From: Nemertoderma westbladi
Taxonomy: Eukaryota; Animalia; Xenacoelomorpha
Direction: 5' to 3'
NCBI GenBank assembly: GCA_032718475.1
Contig: JAUCBJ010003131.1
Location: 1-64,000, forward strand
DNA length: 64,000 nt
Shown: one piece after another, positions 1 to 12,289 of the stretch
How positions within the stretch are numbered: position 1 is the first letter of the stretch
Layout of the letters: each line of letters opens with the position of its first letter
Position numbers and translations under genes: made by a program
The notes under the pieces: generated by a model
Databases searched by the model: none
What the model saw: only the letters and a program-made list of their open reading frames with translations
Told to the model about the DNA's origin: nothing

Positions 1-400
1 TTAAACTTCTCCGTCGAGGTGAAAGCACACTTAGCGATCTGGGACTCTACGTAGTCTACCAGTGTGCGCCAGTGTTTCGCGTTGCCAGAGAACTTCGGCG
101 GTTGCTGTGCCGGTAATCCGTGTCTAGCCGCGAATTTCGCAATCTCGCTAACCAAATCCAACTGTCCGCGTCCCTGTTCGGCGGCGTCGTCCAGTCGCTC
201 CCTTCCGCGCGTTGTTCGTCGGTAGGAATTATTAACGGGATCTTCTTCTCGATGTGTCGGAGTCCGTCTAGTCTCCTGTTCTCTCCTCGGTGGTCGATGT
301 TGTCTAGGTTGTTCCAACTCCACGCTGGTTCGTGATCGATCCGACGGTTGCGCTTCGAGTCGCTCTTCTATCTGAGCTAGTCGGTCCGCTACAGGTCGCA

Positions 401-2512
401 TTATTTCGGCGAGTCTGTTGGTGCTGATCGCTTCCGCTGGTTGCAACGTGGGTTTCTGTTGGGGTGTTTCTCGAGGTGGATTGTCGATGTAGGGTTCGTC
501 GATCTCTCCTCCCGTTTGTAATCCGCTGCCGCTGCCGCTCCAGTACGGAATATTTCCCGTTCCGTCGACTCCGAGTCACTGGATGAATCGCTGTCGTCCG
601 GATAAGGTGGTTGGCGGGTTCGCGTCCGGCGTATTATCCTTGGTCGAGTTCGTTGTGATCTGGGATCTACGGCTCTCCGTTGTTCGGTAGGCTCGCAAGC
701 CTTCCACGAAGTCGTAGGTCTCGTTAAACATTGGGTGAGAGGTCTAGTAAAAACATCTGAGTTAAGCTCTACTGTAGGTTTATAAATGACTGGGTTCGCG
801 CAGCACGTCACAGGTTTAACTTGCAATGGTTTACTCACCTGTTTTACTGTCATAAACGCAGGTTCGTCTCTCTCCACAAGTAAACTACGACTTACTGTAG
901 GTGGACTAGTTATGTTACCTGCTAAAATTGGCGATGAAGTCGCCCTAGGTTGCGGTATTTCCGTCACAACAAACCTGTTGCCTTGCGTCGAACGCACAGG
1001 CGTTATTTCCTTAGGTTTCGTAACAAAGACCGGTTTTATCGGAGTCGTGGGTTTGAGCATAGGAATAACTTGGGGAAAACGTTTACAGTAATCCTCGACG
1101 AACTCCTCTCCTCGATCTATCGCTCCCACGCTTCCTTCCTCGATCCGCTTCTGTATTCCGCGATATCGAGCTTCCATACGATCCAGGGCAGACAAGTCGT
1201 GTCCAGTTCGCGATCTTATAGATCTATCTCTCGCGTCGAGTTCGAGGTCCGCTTGCGCGTTCGCTGTCTCGCGCGATCTACGATTCAATTCGAACTGTAG
1301 TTGCATCTCCCTTTCGCGTCGATCTGCGTCCTGTTGTTGTGCCGCTAATTCCGCTTCCTGTATAGCTAATCGAGCGTTTATTTGCCGCGCCTCCAACTTG
1401 GCACGAGCGTCGGATGCTGCTTTCTTCCGTGCTAACTCGTCAGCTGCCGCCTGTCGTGCTAACTCGTCGGCTGCTGCCGCCGCGGCCGCTTCTCGCGCTA
1501 AGTCCTCCTCCAGTCTCCGCATCTCTGATGCTTCGAACTCAGCCTGTGCTTGAAGTTTCGCAAGTTTCGCTACGTCCTCTCTGCGCTGTTTTTCTCCTTC
1601 GATGGCGATCTGTGCCATCTGTAGTTGCGCTTCTTCCTCGGCGACTTGTTGTCGGCGTGCAACCTCCTGTTGTTGTCGAGTAATTCCAGACGCTGTTCTA
1701 CTAACGTCGCCAACGTTGCCAACGTCGCTCCGTACGCTAACGAACGATCTATCCAGTGGTGGATGTTGGTAGGCTCGCGAGCCTTCCGTAGTGAGAACTT
1801 CCGTCGTCCCTCGCGGTTCGACTTCCGGTTCGTCGATCGGTACGCCGCATCTACGAAGAAAATTGGTCAGCGTTTCCAACCTTCCGTCCAGGCAGTAGAG
1901 TTCTTCTTCCTCTTCGGGTTGTAACAACGCGTCCGAAACTGACTCACCTAGCAGTTGGTCGAACTGCTCCTGTTGAGCCAATCTTATCACCGACTTAAAC
2001 TGGATAAGGCTTTCTCTCGCACTTACCAATTTATCTACTATCTTTACCTGAGTAAAGTTGTCGCCACGCAACTCTGCAAGTTCGTGCAAACCTTTAAGTT
2101 TATCTACGGAGGCATGTACCCTACTTTCTATCCTTACCTGTAAGGTGTAGAACTCGTATCTCGACATCGGGGCGGTTAACTCGCGTAAAACGCGAAAACC
2201 TTCTCCGAGGTTCCGAGTAATCTGGGCCATGTGTCCTCCTATACTTCTAATAACGTTCTCCTGGCTTCCAGTCGAACTTACCATGTCCGGTTCCCGCGAT
2301 CTAGTCTGCGGGACGGTAAGGAAATCTTCGATTCTGCCGTCGCCACGCGTTGCGGCTTCCGGTATTTCCGTTCGGGGTACCGGCGACGCAAGCGGTGTGA
2401 CATCGGTGGAATCTCGGGTTCTCCTTCTCGGTTCGTCTACTGTCGATCTGTCCGGGTCGCACGAGTCATAGTCGGTAGGTGGGTATCTCGTCGAATGGGG
2501 TGTGTCACTCAT
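401..2512 (-). CDS. BEL/Pao gag N-terminal region (coiled-coil rich), out of frame with the downstream DUF1759-like segment
   Basis: 703-aa ORF with a long E/A/R/Q-rich helical tract. The gag core motif at 119..3 is in a different frame, so the copy is frameshifted. Confidence 0.65.
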   Translation of the reverse strand: MSDTPHSTRYPPTDYDSCDPDRSTVDEPRRRTRDSTDVTPLASPVPRTEIPEAATRGDGRIEDFLTVPQTRSREPDMVSSTGSQENVIRSIGGHMAQITRNLGEGFRVLRELTAPMSRYEFYTLQVRIESRVHASVDKLKGLHELAELRGDNFTQVKIVDKLVSARESLIQFKSVIRLAQQEQFDQLLGESVSDALLQPEEEEELYCLDGRLETLTNFLRRCGVPIDEPEVEPRGTTEVLTTEGSRAYQHPPLDRSFVSVRSDVGNVGDVSRTASGITRQQQEVARRQQVAEEEAQLQMAQIAIEGEKQRREDVAKLAKLQAQAEFEASEMRRLEEDLAREAAAAAAADELARQAAADELARKKAASDARAKLEARQINARLAIQEAELAAQQQDADRREREMQLQFELNRRSRETANAQADLELDARDRSIRSRTGHDLSALDRMEARYRGIQKRIEEGSVGAIDRGEEFVEDYCKRFPQVIPMLKPTTPIKPVFVTKPKEITPVRSTQGNRFVVTEIPQPRATSSPILAGNITSPPTVSRSLLVERDEPAFMTVKQVSKPLQVKPVTCCANPVIYKPTVELNSDVFTRPLTQCLTRPTTSWKACEPTEQRRAVDPRSQRTRPRIIRRTRTRQPPYPDDSDSSSDSESTEREIFRTGAAAAADYKREERSTNPTSTIHLEKHPNRNPRCNQRKRSAPTDSPK

Positions 2513-5115
2513 GTCTTATTATATACGTCAAGTACGGGTAATAAAATGTCAAAGTGTCTGAATGTTGAAGTGTCAAACTTACCTAACCGGTACAAATAAA
2601 TCAACAAGTCAGAATGTCGAAATGTCAAAATGTCGAAATGTACAAATGTCAAACTTACCTTGATATATATATATATCATATATATACCCTAACCGGTACA
2701 AATAAAACTAACAAGGTATATAATAAAATAAGTAGTAATCTAGCCTACCGGCTAAATTTGTACGAATAAGTGAGATAACGGTATACGTTAACAAAATGTA
2801 GATCAACAAGTATAAACAATAGGCCAAACAGCAACGTCTAACGGGAAAATAAGTACCAACAACACTACTAATAGACAGTGAAACCCACAAATTTTGAGTA
2901 CTACTGTGCTTTCTTAAGTTTGAACGACGCGAGTCGTAAAACTTACGTTCCTTTGATCTTCCAGTCGTACAAATTCCCAAATACAAACCGGACGTGGGTC
3001 TTTCCGTTTTTCGGCGGCGCGGACGAATTTATTGTCTCCCAAACTTTGCGAAAAGCGGTCTAATCCTCGAAGCGGTCCAGAAATGAGTCCTTGAGTCCTG
3101 AAAAGGTCGAAGGTGAGAGTTTTACTTCTACGCTTACGAAAAATCTTCCTAGGTACCGATACAAATTGGTCTTTAAACCCTATGTACCTTTTCAAGTACC
3201 GAAAAGTAACACCGCACACACACGGCGTAAAACAAAGTGCTACAAACTAACTGTTAGCTAGTCAAAGATTAAATACGAAAGTACTAGCTACCCTAAAAGC
3301 CTACTGAAGCAGGGGACGTTCTAAATTACTAAATTTACTAACCTTAATTTTAAATATCTCCTACTTTCAATAGCTAACAATCGAAATAATACTATACACT
3401 AATTTCAGAATTTGTATAATATACTTCCTACTGTAGGTAGGAATACTATACACTATGGTAGAATACTATATACTAATTTATATAAAATACTTCCTACTGT
3501 AAGGGTCCAGTAGTATACCGCTTACCAGATCCTAGTAACGATGTACCTTACTATGAGACTCTAGTAATGTATACGGGCTTGTACAGTATCTGACAACAAA
3601 TCCCAGTCCAGGATATCTAAACAAACAGATATAGTACACAAACGACTACTGGCGAGGAACAGAGCCTTGTATCTATTCTATGTACGTGAGCGGGTCGAAT
3701 GCCTACGTACTAGACAGAAGGATACCTGTCCTCTAACCGGTGAGGCAGATGTACAGTTACCGTAACAGACCAAACTCACGGGAAAACAATCCCCGCGCAG
3801 CGAATCCTAACTATCACTGACAGTCCTAAATACAGTAACTTGCCGCGGTGTGATTTATATGGTTTATATACGAGCTAGGTGGTTAACAGACCTAGTGTAA
3901 CAACACTGACAGTCCTGAATCAGTCGAAAAGGGGTCGTACCTAAATGTAACAATAACTGATCCCCCTGTACGAAATCAGTCTAAAGGGTCAGGCCTAAAT
4001 GTAACAATACCGTTGTCCAGACAAACAACAGTTTAATAACGAAAGTGAAATACTCCTTATTTTGCCGCAACTAAATCAGATCCTAATTTTACAAATACAG
4101 ATAATTTCCACCTAACGTAATGTATAGTACGCTATAGCTAGTAGAACTTTAAGGGCGATATGTTTTAGGGCGTGTGTGTGTGGGTGTGTTACAAATAAAA
4201 CAATTTCGAGTAATTCCTTTACTAGGTTTTAGTGATTTTCTGACTAAAATGATACCGTGCGCTAGCTACTAAAATAAACTAGTCGCGTTTGTAGAACTTT
4301 ATACTCACGAATGACGTCAAAGCTCTCTCCTTCCTATCCACAACCCAATGGGCAACCACAGTGTTAGTAACTACACCCGTGATCGGCACTAATACCAGAT
4401 TCTGGTTGTAAGATAAGAATAGGGGTTAATCGCTACCGTACGTTAGCTGATCTGGTATACTAATTTAATTCTAGAACTTTGTTGCTGCGGTAGTTAGCAG
4501 CAATACCTATCAGTACGTGGCAAGGCGCGGTAGGATATTAATAAACCTCCCTAGGCCAAGCAGTGTGCCGGTAGCAGAAATGCTCCTTGCCTGATCAAAT
4601 AGCTAACTCCAGACAGGAAAGGGGGGGGGGGGGGTACTAATGTACGTTCTACAAAGCGAACCGGTACCAAACAGTCAGTGCTACGACTCACTAAATTATG
4701 GAACATATGCTGTCCGTACCTAATATGTACTCGCGTACTGACGAATGGCAATAGTTCGCACCTGTAGGAAGTACAGGTTAACCCAGGGGTTCGTAGGACT
4801 GACAAAAAGGGGGGGGGGGTTGTCTGGATATAATTATTTGATCCTAAATTTGCGGCGTCCAGTGCGGTGTCACGCTTACCCTGATCTATAGGTCTTACGG
4901 CGGGCAAGGGCGTCGAACAAAGTCTTACCTTCTCACAAAGCGGGCGCTGCATAGCAAGTGGAGTATTTCGAAGGGGCAAAGGGGGTGCGCGGTCAATCCA
5001 AATGTGGGCGCTAGCGTGTTGTGGACATCCCTTCCCTGCGTTGCTTACGGCCTAACGGTCTAGGCTGCCATCTCCCTGGTGTTCGGCTGTCCCGAAGTCG
5101 GACCAAAAGAAAACA

Positions 5116-5525
5116 TGTCAGGAAATTGCAGTATATTTACAGTTTTACAAAGAATTATCAAACGAAGTTTCAACAAGAAACCGAATAAACTAATTTTAAC
5201 TAATACTAATAGAAGTGAATAAACGATCTAAGAAGAGTGATAACCGAAGGCAAACCGGCCTTTTTATACTAGAAATTGCACATGGAAACTAAACAGAATT
5301 TTCCACAGCTTCACCATTGAGCAATGAAGTGCTTCGTGCCCTATGATTGGCCCAGCTCATCGTTCAACGCAGTCCGGCCCTTACACTAAATCTGGGACAT
5401 GGAATCCTAACAGAATTTTCCACTGCCTCACATTTGAGCAATAAGATAATTTATGCCCTATGATTGGCCTGGCTCATTATTCGCTACGCTGTACGCTTCT
5501 CATTGGCCTACCAATTAGCACCACA
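5116..5525 (-). repeat. Putative 5' LTR of the BEL/Pao element
   Basis: On the minus strand it starts TGTGGTGC and ends CCTGACA, followed by TGTTTTCTTTTGGTCC (PBS-like TGG). TATAAAAA lies near 5261-5268. An ~85-bp block containing CCAAT is duplicated (5281-5365, 5398-5482). The partner LTR is outside the window. Confidence 0.5.
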
Positions 5526-5552
5526 CGAAAATAAATGGCCCCAAAATACAAA

Positions 5553-5623
5553 TTTCCCGACTGGGATTCGAACTCGTAACCTACGTAATGTAACCAACGC
5601 CTTAACCATCTGACCACTACGCC
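5553..5623 (-). mobile_element. tRNA-derived SINE head / tRNA pseudogene
   Basis: Minus strand GGCGTAGTGGTCAGATGGTTAAGGCG...GAGTTCGAATCCCAG has A and B boxes; anticodon arm is degenerate. Confidence 0.55.
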
Positions 5624-5764
5624 ACGAGAGTACCTAAGGGTTTTATGTGTACAAATATGAATAGGCATATTACATTACTGTAACTTAATCAAAATACGTC
5701 GGATTTTCAAAAGTTTTTACGTTAAAGTTAAACTACAAATGCTACCTTATAGTGAAATAATTCA

Positions 5765-6370
5765 TCAACCATTGATAATAATCAACTAAGGAAGGTCGAT
5801 GACTTCCAGTACCTTGGATCATGGATAGAGAGTAGTAAAAAGGACATAGAAGTTAGGAAAGCAAAGGCTTGGGTAGCTCTATCAAAAATGGATACCATCT
5901 GGAAATCAGATCTCTCCAGGCACCTGAAGACTAAGTTCTTTCGAGCCACAGTGGAAAGTGTATTTTTATACAGGGGTGAGACCTGGACACTGACTAAATC
6001 ACTTGAACAACGAATTGATGGTTGCTACACAAGACTACTAAGGGCAGCCCTAAACATCAGCTGGAGTCAACACATGACAAACGCCGAGCTTTATGGTACA
6101 ATACCACCTGTATCAACCACCCTCCGTGAAGGCAGATTAAGATTCAGTGGGCACTGCTGGCGAAGTAAAGACGAGGTCATACCAGATCTACTTCTCTGGC
6201 AACCAACTCATGGAAAGCGTAGTCGTGGACGACCGGCCATAACATATATACATCAACTTGAAAGGGTTACTGAACTTGGGAGAAACGAAATTGCGACAAC
6301 TATGGAGAATCGGGAAGCCTGGAAGGATCTCATTTCCACTGTCCGAGTTTGCTCGACCTAGTAGTAGTAG
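5765..6370 (+). mobile_element. 5'-truncated RTE-clade LINE (post-RT C-terminus)
   Basis: LRKVDDFQYLGSWI...ESVFLYRGETWTL...RLRFSGHCWR...RSRGRP, ending in a (TAG)n tail at 6360-6370. Confidence 0.85.
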
Positions 6371-7384
6371 TTTAACAGGGGTCTGTTTGTAAATTACAGT
6401 AGTCAAAGTACGATTGTATTCCATGGCTTGAGATTCGAGGTAGAGGTTGTTAAAACATGGAGCGCACAATAAATAATCAATGATGTCAAGTTTCAAATCG
6501 GCTACAAGTTTCAAATTTTTCAAACATTGAAAATTTATGACCTATTCAGCTTCTGTAGGCTTCAAACCATTCACAAAGCAGCCTACAAACGCATCGTCAG
6601 CATATACTCCATCTCCCTTAATACAACAACAATTTGAGCAAGTTGGAGCCCCACCCCCACATTTCTGAGCTATTTCGATACAACAAGCCGTTAAAAATCG
6701 TCTATTTGGCAATATATATCCACCTCCATCAGCGTTATTTTTCGTCTTTGGAATGTAATCTAGATACCATTAGACGCGCCTTCATCTGCAGATTCCTCAA
6801 ATTTACATTATGACTATGAAAACCTTTTTGGGTCACATTTGACACAAATGGTACTGCGCGGGTTAAATAGGTGTTTGAGAATTAAAACAGTAATTTTCTT
6901 TCAGGTTGCGATATCAACAGAGAGTTACTGGGGACTGTGAAGGTGGTTTATGTGAGATGAATAAAGACATCACTCTATCCTTCTTTACAGATGGTTGGCA
7001 GCTAATACAAGAGCGAACCATTCAACTTGTAAATGACAGGTTTGTGTTAAAGTAGGCCACATTATTCAAAACTTGTTCATTCATTATACCGGGAGAAAGC
7101 CACCCACAATATTAGATTATATCAACAATAATGGCATAGGATAAGAAAGTGGAGGAAACTAGGACATAAAATTCAGTGTCATACGTTTTTCAATTTTCAC
7201 ACTGAGAGATTTTGGTTGTAAAATGTTACTGGATCGGATATGTTTCATTTATAATTAGTGCTAGATAATTTTTTTTAGATAATTTATAATAGCATTATTA
7301 TATGTAACGAAATAATTGGCTTGCCTCAATAGTTGATATACAATTATAAAAGTAATTCCAAGGTCGAAATTCACTGTCTTAATT

Positions 7385-7560
7385 GTGGGGCGAGCGACGA
7401 AAGTAAGCGAGCTTAGCATACAGGTACCACTAACTCAATCGGTGTGTCTGTTGTTCTGTCGTGTTCAATTTTAAACGTTAATAACTATCCAAACTTGGTA
7501 CCCATGTAGTCTGGCAAAAGTTTAGAAATTGGAGTTGAATTTTCATGTGGCTATCGAGAA
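7385..7560. mobile_element. Helentron-associated (HINE/DINE-like) non-autonomous element end
   Basis: About 100 bp (TGTGGGGCGAGCGACGAAAGTAAGCGAGCTTAGCATACAGGTACC...) match 33368-33501 in inverted orientation. Short internal palindrome plus microsatellite-like tract. Confidence 0.5.
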
Positions 7561-9619
7561 GCTAAGATAATAGCAGTTAATTAGTTAATTAAGTTGATTA
7601 GGGTAAAAACAGAATTTTCAAGCCTGTCTTTTAATTGAAATTAATTATTTTATAGTATAAGATATAAATAATTATTCTTAAAAGTTATACAGCTGTAATC
7701 CCCATACCCCATTCCATTATTGTTTTTAATTTGTTCAAGTTATTTGCTTTAATAAATTTGTTTTTAATTGATCTAAACGTACTGTTATTAAGTCATAATG
7801 CCCTCGTCACTCTATACCTCCCTCATTCCTTGGCATACCAGCTATTGCCTATTAGTTGGAACTAGTCCAATCATCTCACCACTACTTGGCAACGGGTAAT
7901 TACATCTATAGGACATAGGCAAGGCAGGCACTACTAGTGTAGAGTGACTAATAAGCCAGCTTGCTTATTATTTATCTCGCAAAATTATTGCCTGAGTATT
8001 TAATCATATTCTTTAGAATCTTTAGCTAAATAATTTTTTTTTGATTTTTTTTAATTTTTTTTTTTTAAATAATTTTTTTTTTTGAGGTGTTGACATGATA
8101 AATTAATATTTCAGTATCAATACTATCGGCATAAGGTAAGTTTTAATAATTTTTACATTTTGGATTGCCTCCACAGTCCACACCTAAAAATATATTACTT
8201 TTAAAACACAAATTTCCTGTTAATACCTCTGCCATAAATTAATCCTCTGTGCTCCTTTGCGGTTGGGGGTGGTGCCGATTAAGAGGGTGGTTGTAGCGAG
8301 GAAGGGAACTGTCCTCTCTTTTTTGATAAAATTCTTATTGGCAGTTTGGTTAAATTTCTTATTTATTTATTTAAATTTCTTAAGTACCGATTTTGGGATA
8401 GAATTGCTCAATTTTAATGTGTATCTGATAACTGAGCCTCGTCCTGCGCGAAGGCTCCACGAACGTGTTGAAGTTTGTTTGCATCAGTGACTGGTAAGAG
8501 TTATAAATTATGGATTATTATCTAATATCTGACAGGAGTAATATAGGTTAGGATAAATACAAGCAATGTTAACAAATATTTTCCCCACACCCTAGGGTGT
8601 CTGAGTATATGACACATAAAATGGGGAAGTTGGTTTCACTGTATAAAATAATGCAGCCAACTTCCCCCAAATATCCTCTGCTACATATTCTAAAAGCGAT
8701 ATAACAACAAATGGTGTAAAAGCAGTTGGGTGTCACCCATCATGTGCGACTTTATCACTTAATTAATTATTACTGTGTCATACGTGGTTTTAAGAGCATA
8801 GACCATAGACAGACTTTATGCGGCCTTTAGTTTAGTTTATTGAGTTGCTCTTCAGATAAGTAAAGCACATTGATTCTATAGCATATCGCTTGTATTCAAT
8901 GGCGCAAAATGACTGCAAACTCCAACTATGTGTTAAACGGGTTTGAAAAATTAATTTAATTTAATTTAAAGCATTACGGGGAACAGGTTGCAGTGTCAGT
9001 GTTTCCTAACCAAAACGATAAACGAAACATTATTTCCGTTGCACTCAAGATCACTAATTTCACTTGCGTTCAATGTGCGCCACTATCAGCTAATCTGACA
9101 TCTCCCTTCTATTTTCTGTTCCTATTCCTGGTCTCCATTCCTAGATTTCGTTTAGTCCTATTATAAAAATATCAACTGTGCGTGCACTGCCATTACAGTG
9201 TTACTGATAATTCATGTCTATGATTAACATAGAATTTAAACATACTAGGCCTACTGGTACAAGTTCATATGGTTAGTGACTGGTACAGTATACATCCAAT
9301 AAAATGTATTTATATATCAGTGACAACTAACTGGTTCATAGCCTAAAAATTATTTCTTTTTCCATATAACATTTTTTTACAATCCTTTAAAAATATAAAA
9401 CCTTTATAATATTTTTTTACTATAGCTATTCATACATCAACAAAATGTAACAGAATATGGCATATTAATATTATTAAAAAGGTATAAAAAAAATTTCAAC
9501 ATTCTAACCCACATTAAGAGTGGCACTGGTGGTAGTGTTGGGGGGGGGGGGGGGGGGGCTTTTATAAATACTACTACAAATGGGGTCGATATAGTCCATG
9601 TAGCCGAGAATGGAGGTAG

Positions 9620-10440
9620 TGATGAAGATGAGAATGGCACTGACGAGGCATTGGATGAGGAACCAATGGGATTGTTGCTCCTGAGTTACTGCATGGAAGC
9701 TGCTGCCCGCCTTCTTTAGAAACACTCCAGTCTCAGGGCTGGGTCGACCATAGTTCTTGAAGGCTACTGAATGGAATAGGTAGACTTGATCGACAAGGTC
9801 CTTATTCTTCCAGATCTTAAAGTTATCTGCCTTATCTACAAATGTGGTCAGCTTCTCGTGGTGAGATGGCAGGAAGACTGCAGCAGCTGAGGGCAGGATG
9901 AGGATGATGCCATTGACTCTCTTCCATCAACTCTCCACAACACAACACAGCAAGGTAGGAACCGCACTGGCGTGGCAACCTCATGGCGCTTCTCCAACTG
10001 AACAGACCATTGATCAAATATGGAGCAGCTATGGTGCCCAGTTACCTTGCAACCGAGGCATATGTTGCAACTGAAACTCAAAACTGGGTATCAGAGAGTT
10101 TCAGTCTGTAAGAGCTAATGGATATAGCATCAAGTCTGCAACAGGAGACATCTTCATTAACATAATTGTGGTGGGTTATCAGCACATCCTCTGACAGTAG
10201 GGGAAGGTCGCTGGCCCAGCAAGTGATTCAGATCAAGGTGCAGTGGGAATGTAAGAGCTATTATTTGCAGTAGGATGATCATTTATGAGGTCACTGGGCA
10301 TTGACCACGAATCCGAGCAGCTGTTATGCACCATCCATCGAACCACAGCAACTACTGCCAGAGTTTGATGCAGTTGGCCAGCCTTAAGCTAATTTGGCAG
10401 GGAAGATGTGGCTGCCCGGATATACTGATGTTGATGGCGG
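9620..10440 (-). mobile_element. Degenerate 3' fragment of a CRE-like RLE retrotransposon related to the 37860 ORF
   Basis: Remnant peptides FLKKAG...HAVTQEQQSHWFLIQCLVSAI and LGCKVTGHHSC align with FLKEVG...HANTHEPRSHRFLLQRILIAI and LGCKVTEPHNC of the 37860 ORF. Many frameshifts. Confidence 0.7.
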
Positions 10441-10480
10441 TGAACCATATCAATTGATTAATCAATTCCATGATAATATT

Positions 10481-11047
10481 TGTGACGGGATCCGAGTTGG
10501 CAAAGGATCCCAACCGGGTGAAATTTGTCGTGTTTCGTGAAAGGCCATAGGCCGATGTAAATACAGAAGAGTTATTGCTTTGTCGTTGTTAATACTATCT
10601 GATATATAAGTATCAGTAATCAGGTCACAGCACAATCAGTAAGTACTATGGTCGACGACAGTCAAAAACCGTCTGATATCCACAGTAGATAATAGCCAAC
10701 TGAACAAAATTGATATTGAGCAACAAATATATATGTGGAAACCGTATGGAAACACGTTATACAATCCTACCTACATAATGCCTCACCAATAGATACACGT
10801 TATGCGGCCATGTGCGGGCCTCCTAATGGTTGGGTTTTTCCCCCAGCTGGCACCCCGTGTTCTCTCGGCCCCATGCTAGCTTCTCCCCTGAGATGTGTTG
10901 TTAACCATCTCCCAGCTAGCATCACATCACCTCATATTCCTCGGTATGCAATATTATATTGGATATGGATACCTGACTGTGATTCGTAAATCACCCTGTT
11001 CCCTATTCTCTCGGTAGGTGGCGTGCAGCGGTATGGATCCGCTAACA
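10481..11047. mobile_element. Solo LTR, family A copy 1
   Basis: TGTGACGGGATCC...GGATCCGCTAACA with 5-bp TSD ATATT on both sides. Homologous to 34428-35018 and 42793-43396. Confidence 0.85.
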
Positions 11048-11239
11048 ATATTAAATATTAAAAGAAACAACCATGATATATTATAAAACTTTTATGAAGT
11101 ATAACTCAATGAACAAAATAGTTACTCAAAAACTTTTTTTTTTCAAAAGCTCACGAATAATAATAGTTGGTATGTTATATTGTGTTATTTGACTTTGAAG
11201 TTGAAGGTTAACTTTGAAGTTATTCTTCCTTTTATAATG

Positions 11240-11722
11240 GGTGTAATATTATGGTTTTGTTCAGAAGTGGAAAAAATGAGAAAGCGCATGACCGGGGGTT
11301 GACCCAACGCCTAACAGGCATTGGACTAACAGGCCTCTCATCAGTAGCGCTAACCAGCTCAGCCACTAGCCCCTGACACTCACACTCCCACCTAATCCAC
11401 TTTTATTGAACGGGCAGTCTTAAGTTGCATATATTATATCTCTAACAGCGGACCTAACGGCCTCAAATATGCTAGAGTTAAACAGGAGGGAAGTACAAAT
11501 AAATAAATATTCAGCTCGAGTATTGCTGCCGCCAGGTGATATTAAAGTGGAGTATTAAGTGGATTAGGTGGGATTGTGAGTGTCAGGGGCTAGCGGCTAA
11601 GCTGGTTAGCGCTACTGATGAGACCTGTTAGGCCGAAACGTACGTATAGCGCTGGTTCAACCCCCGGTGTCGCGCTTTCTCATTTTTTCCACTTCTGAAC
11701 AACAAAACCATAATATTACACC
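11240..11722. repeat. Inverted pair (~165-bp arms 11240-11402 and 11557-11722) of a tRNA-like/hammerhead unit
   Basis: The arms are reverse complements (GGTGTAATATTATGGTTTTG...CCTAATCCACTT / AAGTGGATTAGG...CCATAATATTACACC) around a ~154-bp spacer. Confidence 0.85.
11608..11653 (+). ncRNA. Minimal type I hammerhead ribozyme
   Basis: Stem I AGCGCTA/TAGCGCT, core CTGATGA (11615-21), stem II GACCT-GTT-AGGCC (one mismatch), GAAA (11635-38), palindromic stem III CGTACG, cleavage triplet GTA (11644-46). Confidence 0.8.
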
Positions 11723-12289
11723 TTTTAATTATAGTTGCAACAGCTCATCTCCAATTCCTTTATTATGGAAATATTTAAAATATAACATGAATTGCAAGAT
11801 TGTGGACATTTGATTACAGAATAACAAATTATTTTTTATACTTACAGAAACCTGAGATGTTACAGCATACACCCCCCAGTACATGGTGTCACAAACGTTA
11901 AAATTAGTGTTATTTCTGCTTATGAAGTTGGTTCCAATGGGGCTCATTTCATTGCTTACAACGGTTTATTTTAAAAATTAATGACTCGCCTCACAGAGAC
12001 ATCGATAAGAATAACTCGAATATTATATTAATTAATAATAACGTTTCTGATTCCTTTACATCTATCTACATTTATATGAATCCAGCGTGCTAGGCCTTGT
12101 ATTGTATTATGGTAGTAATATATATGTGTAATATAAAAGGGGAGCCAACATGGATGCATCAAGTGAATGCAGTGGGGGTCGCATCATGCGTATATCCTTG
12201 GCTTTCATCCTTGTCTGGTCGATAAATTGGAAGCAAGGCAATTTGGGAATCGGAGTGGAGGGGTTTACTTTATAAGATCACCTATGGTG

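Larger units (their letters stand above)
1..5525 (-). mobile_element. BEL/Pao LTR retrotransposon, 5' part (5' LTR, long leader, gag); continues beyond the window start
   Basis: Minus-strand 119..3 translates GLPAQQPPKFSGNAKHWRTLVDYVESQIAKCAFTSTEKF, the LP..PKF.G....W......I......EKF pattern of BEL/Pao gag (DUF1759-type). A coiled-coil ORF lies upstream and a TGT...ACA LTR candidate lies at 5116-5525. Confidence 0.75.
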
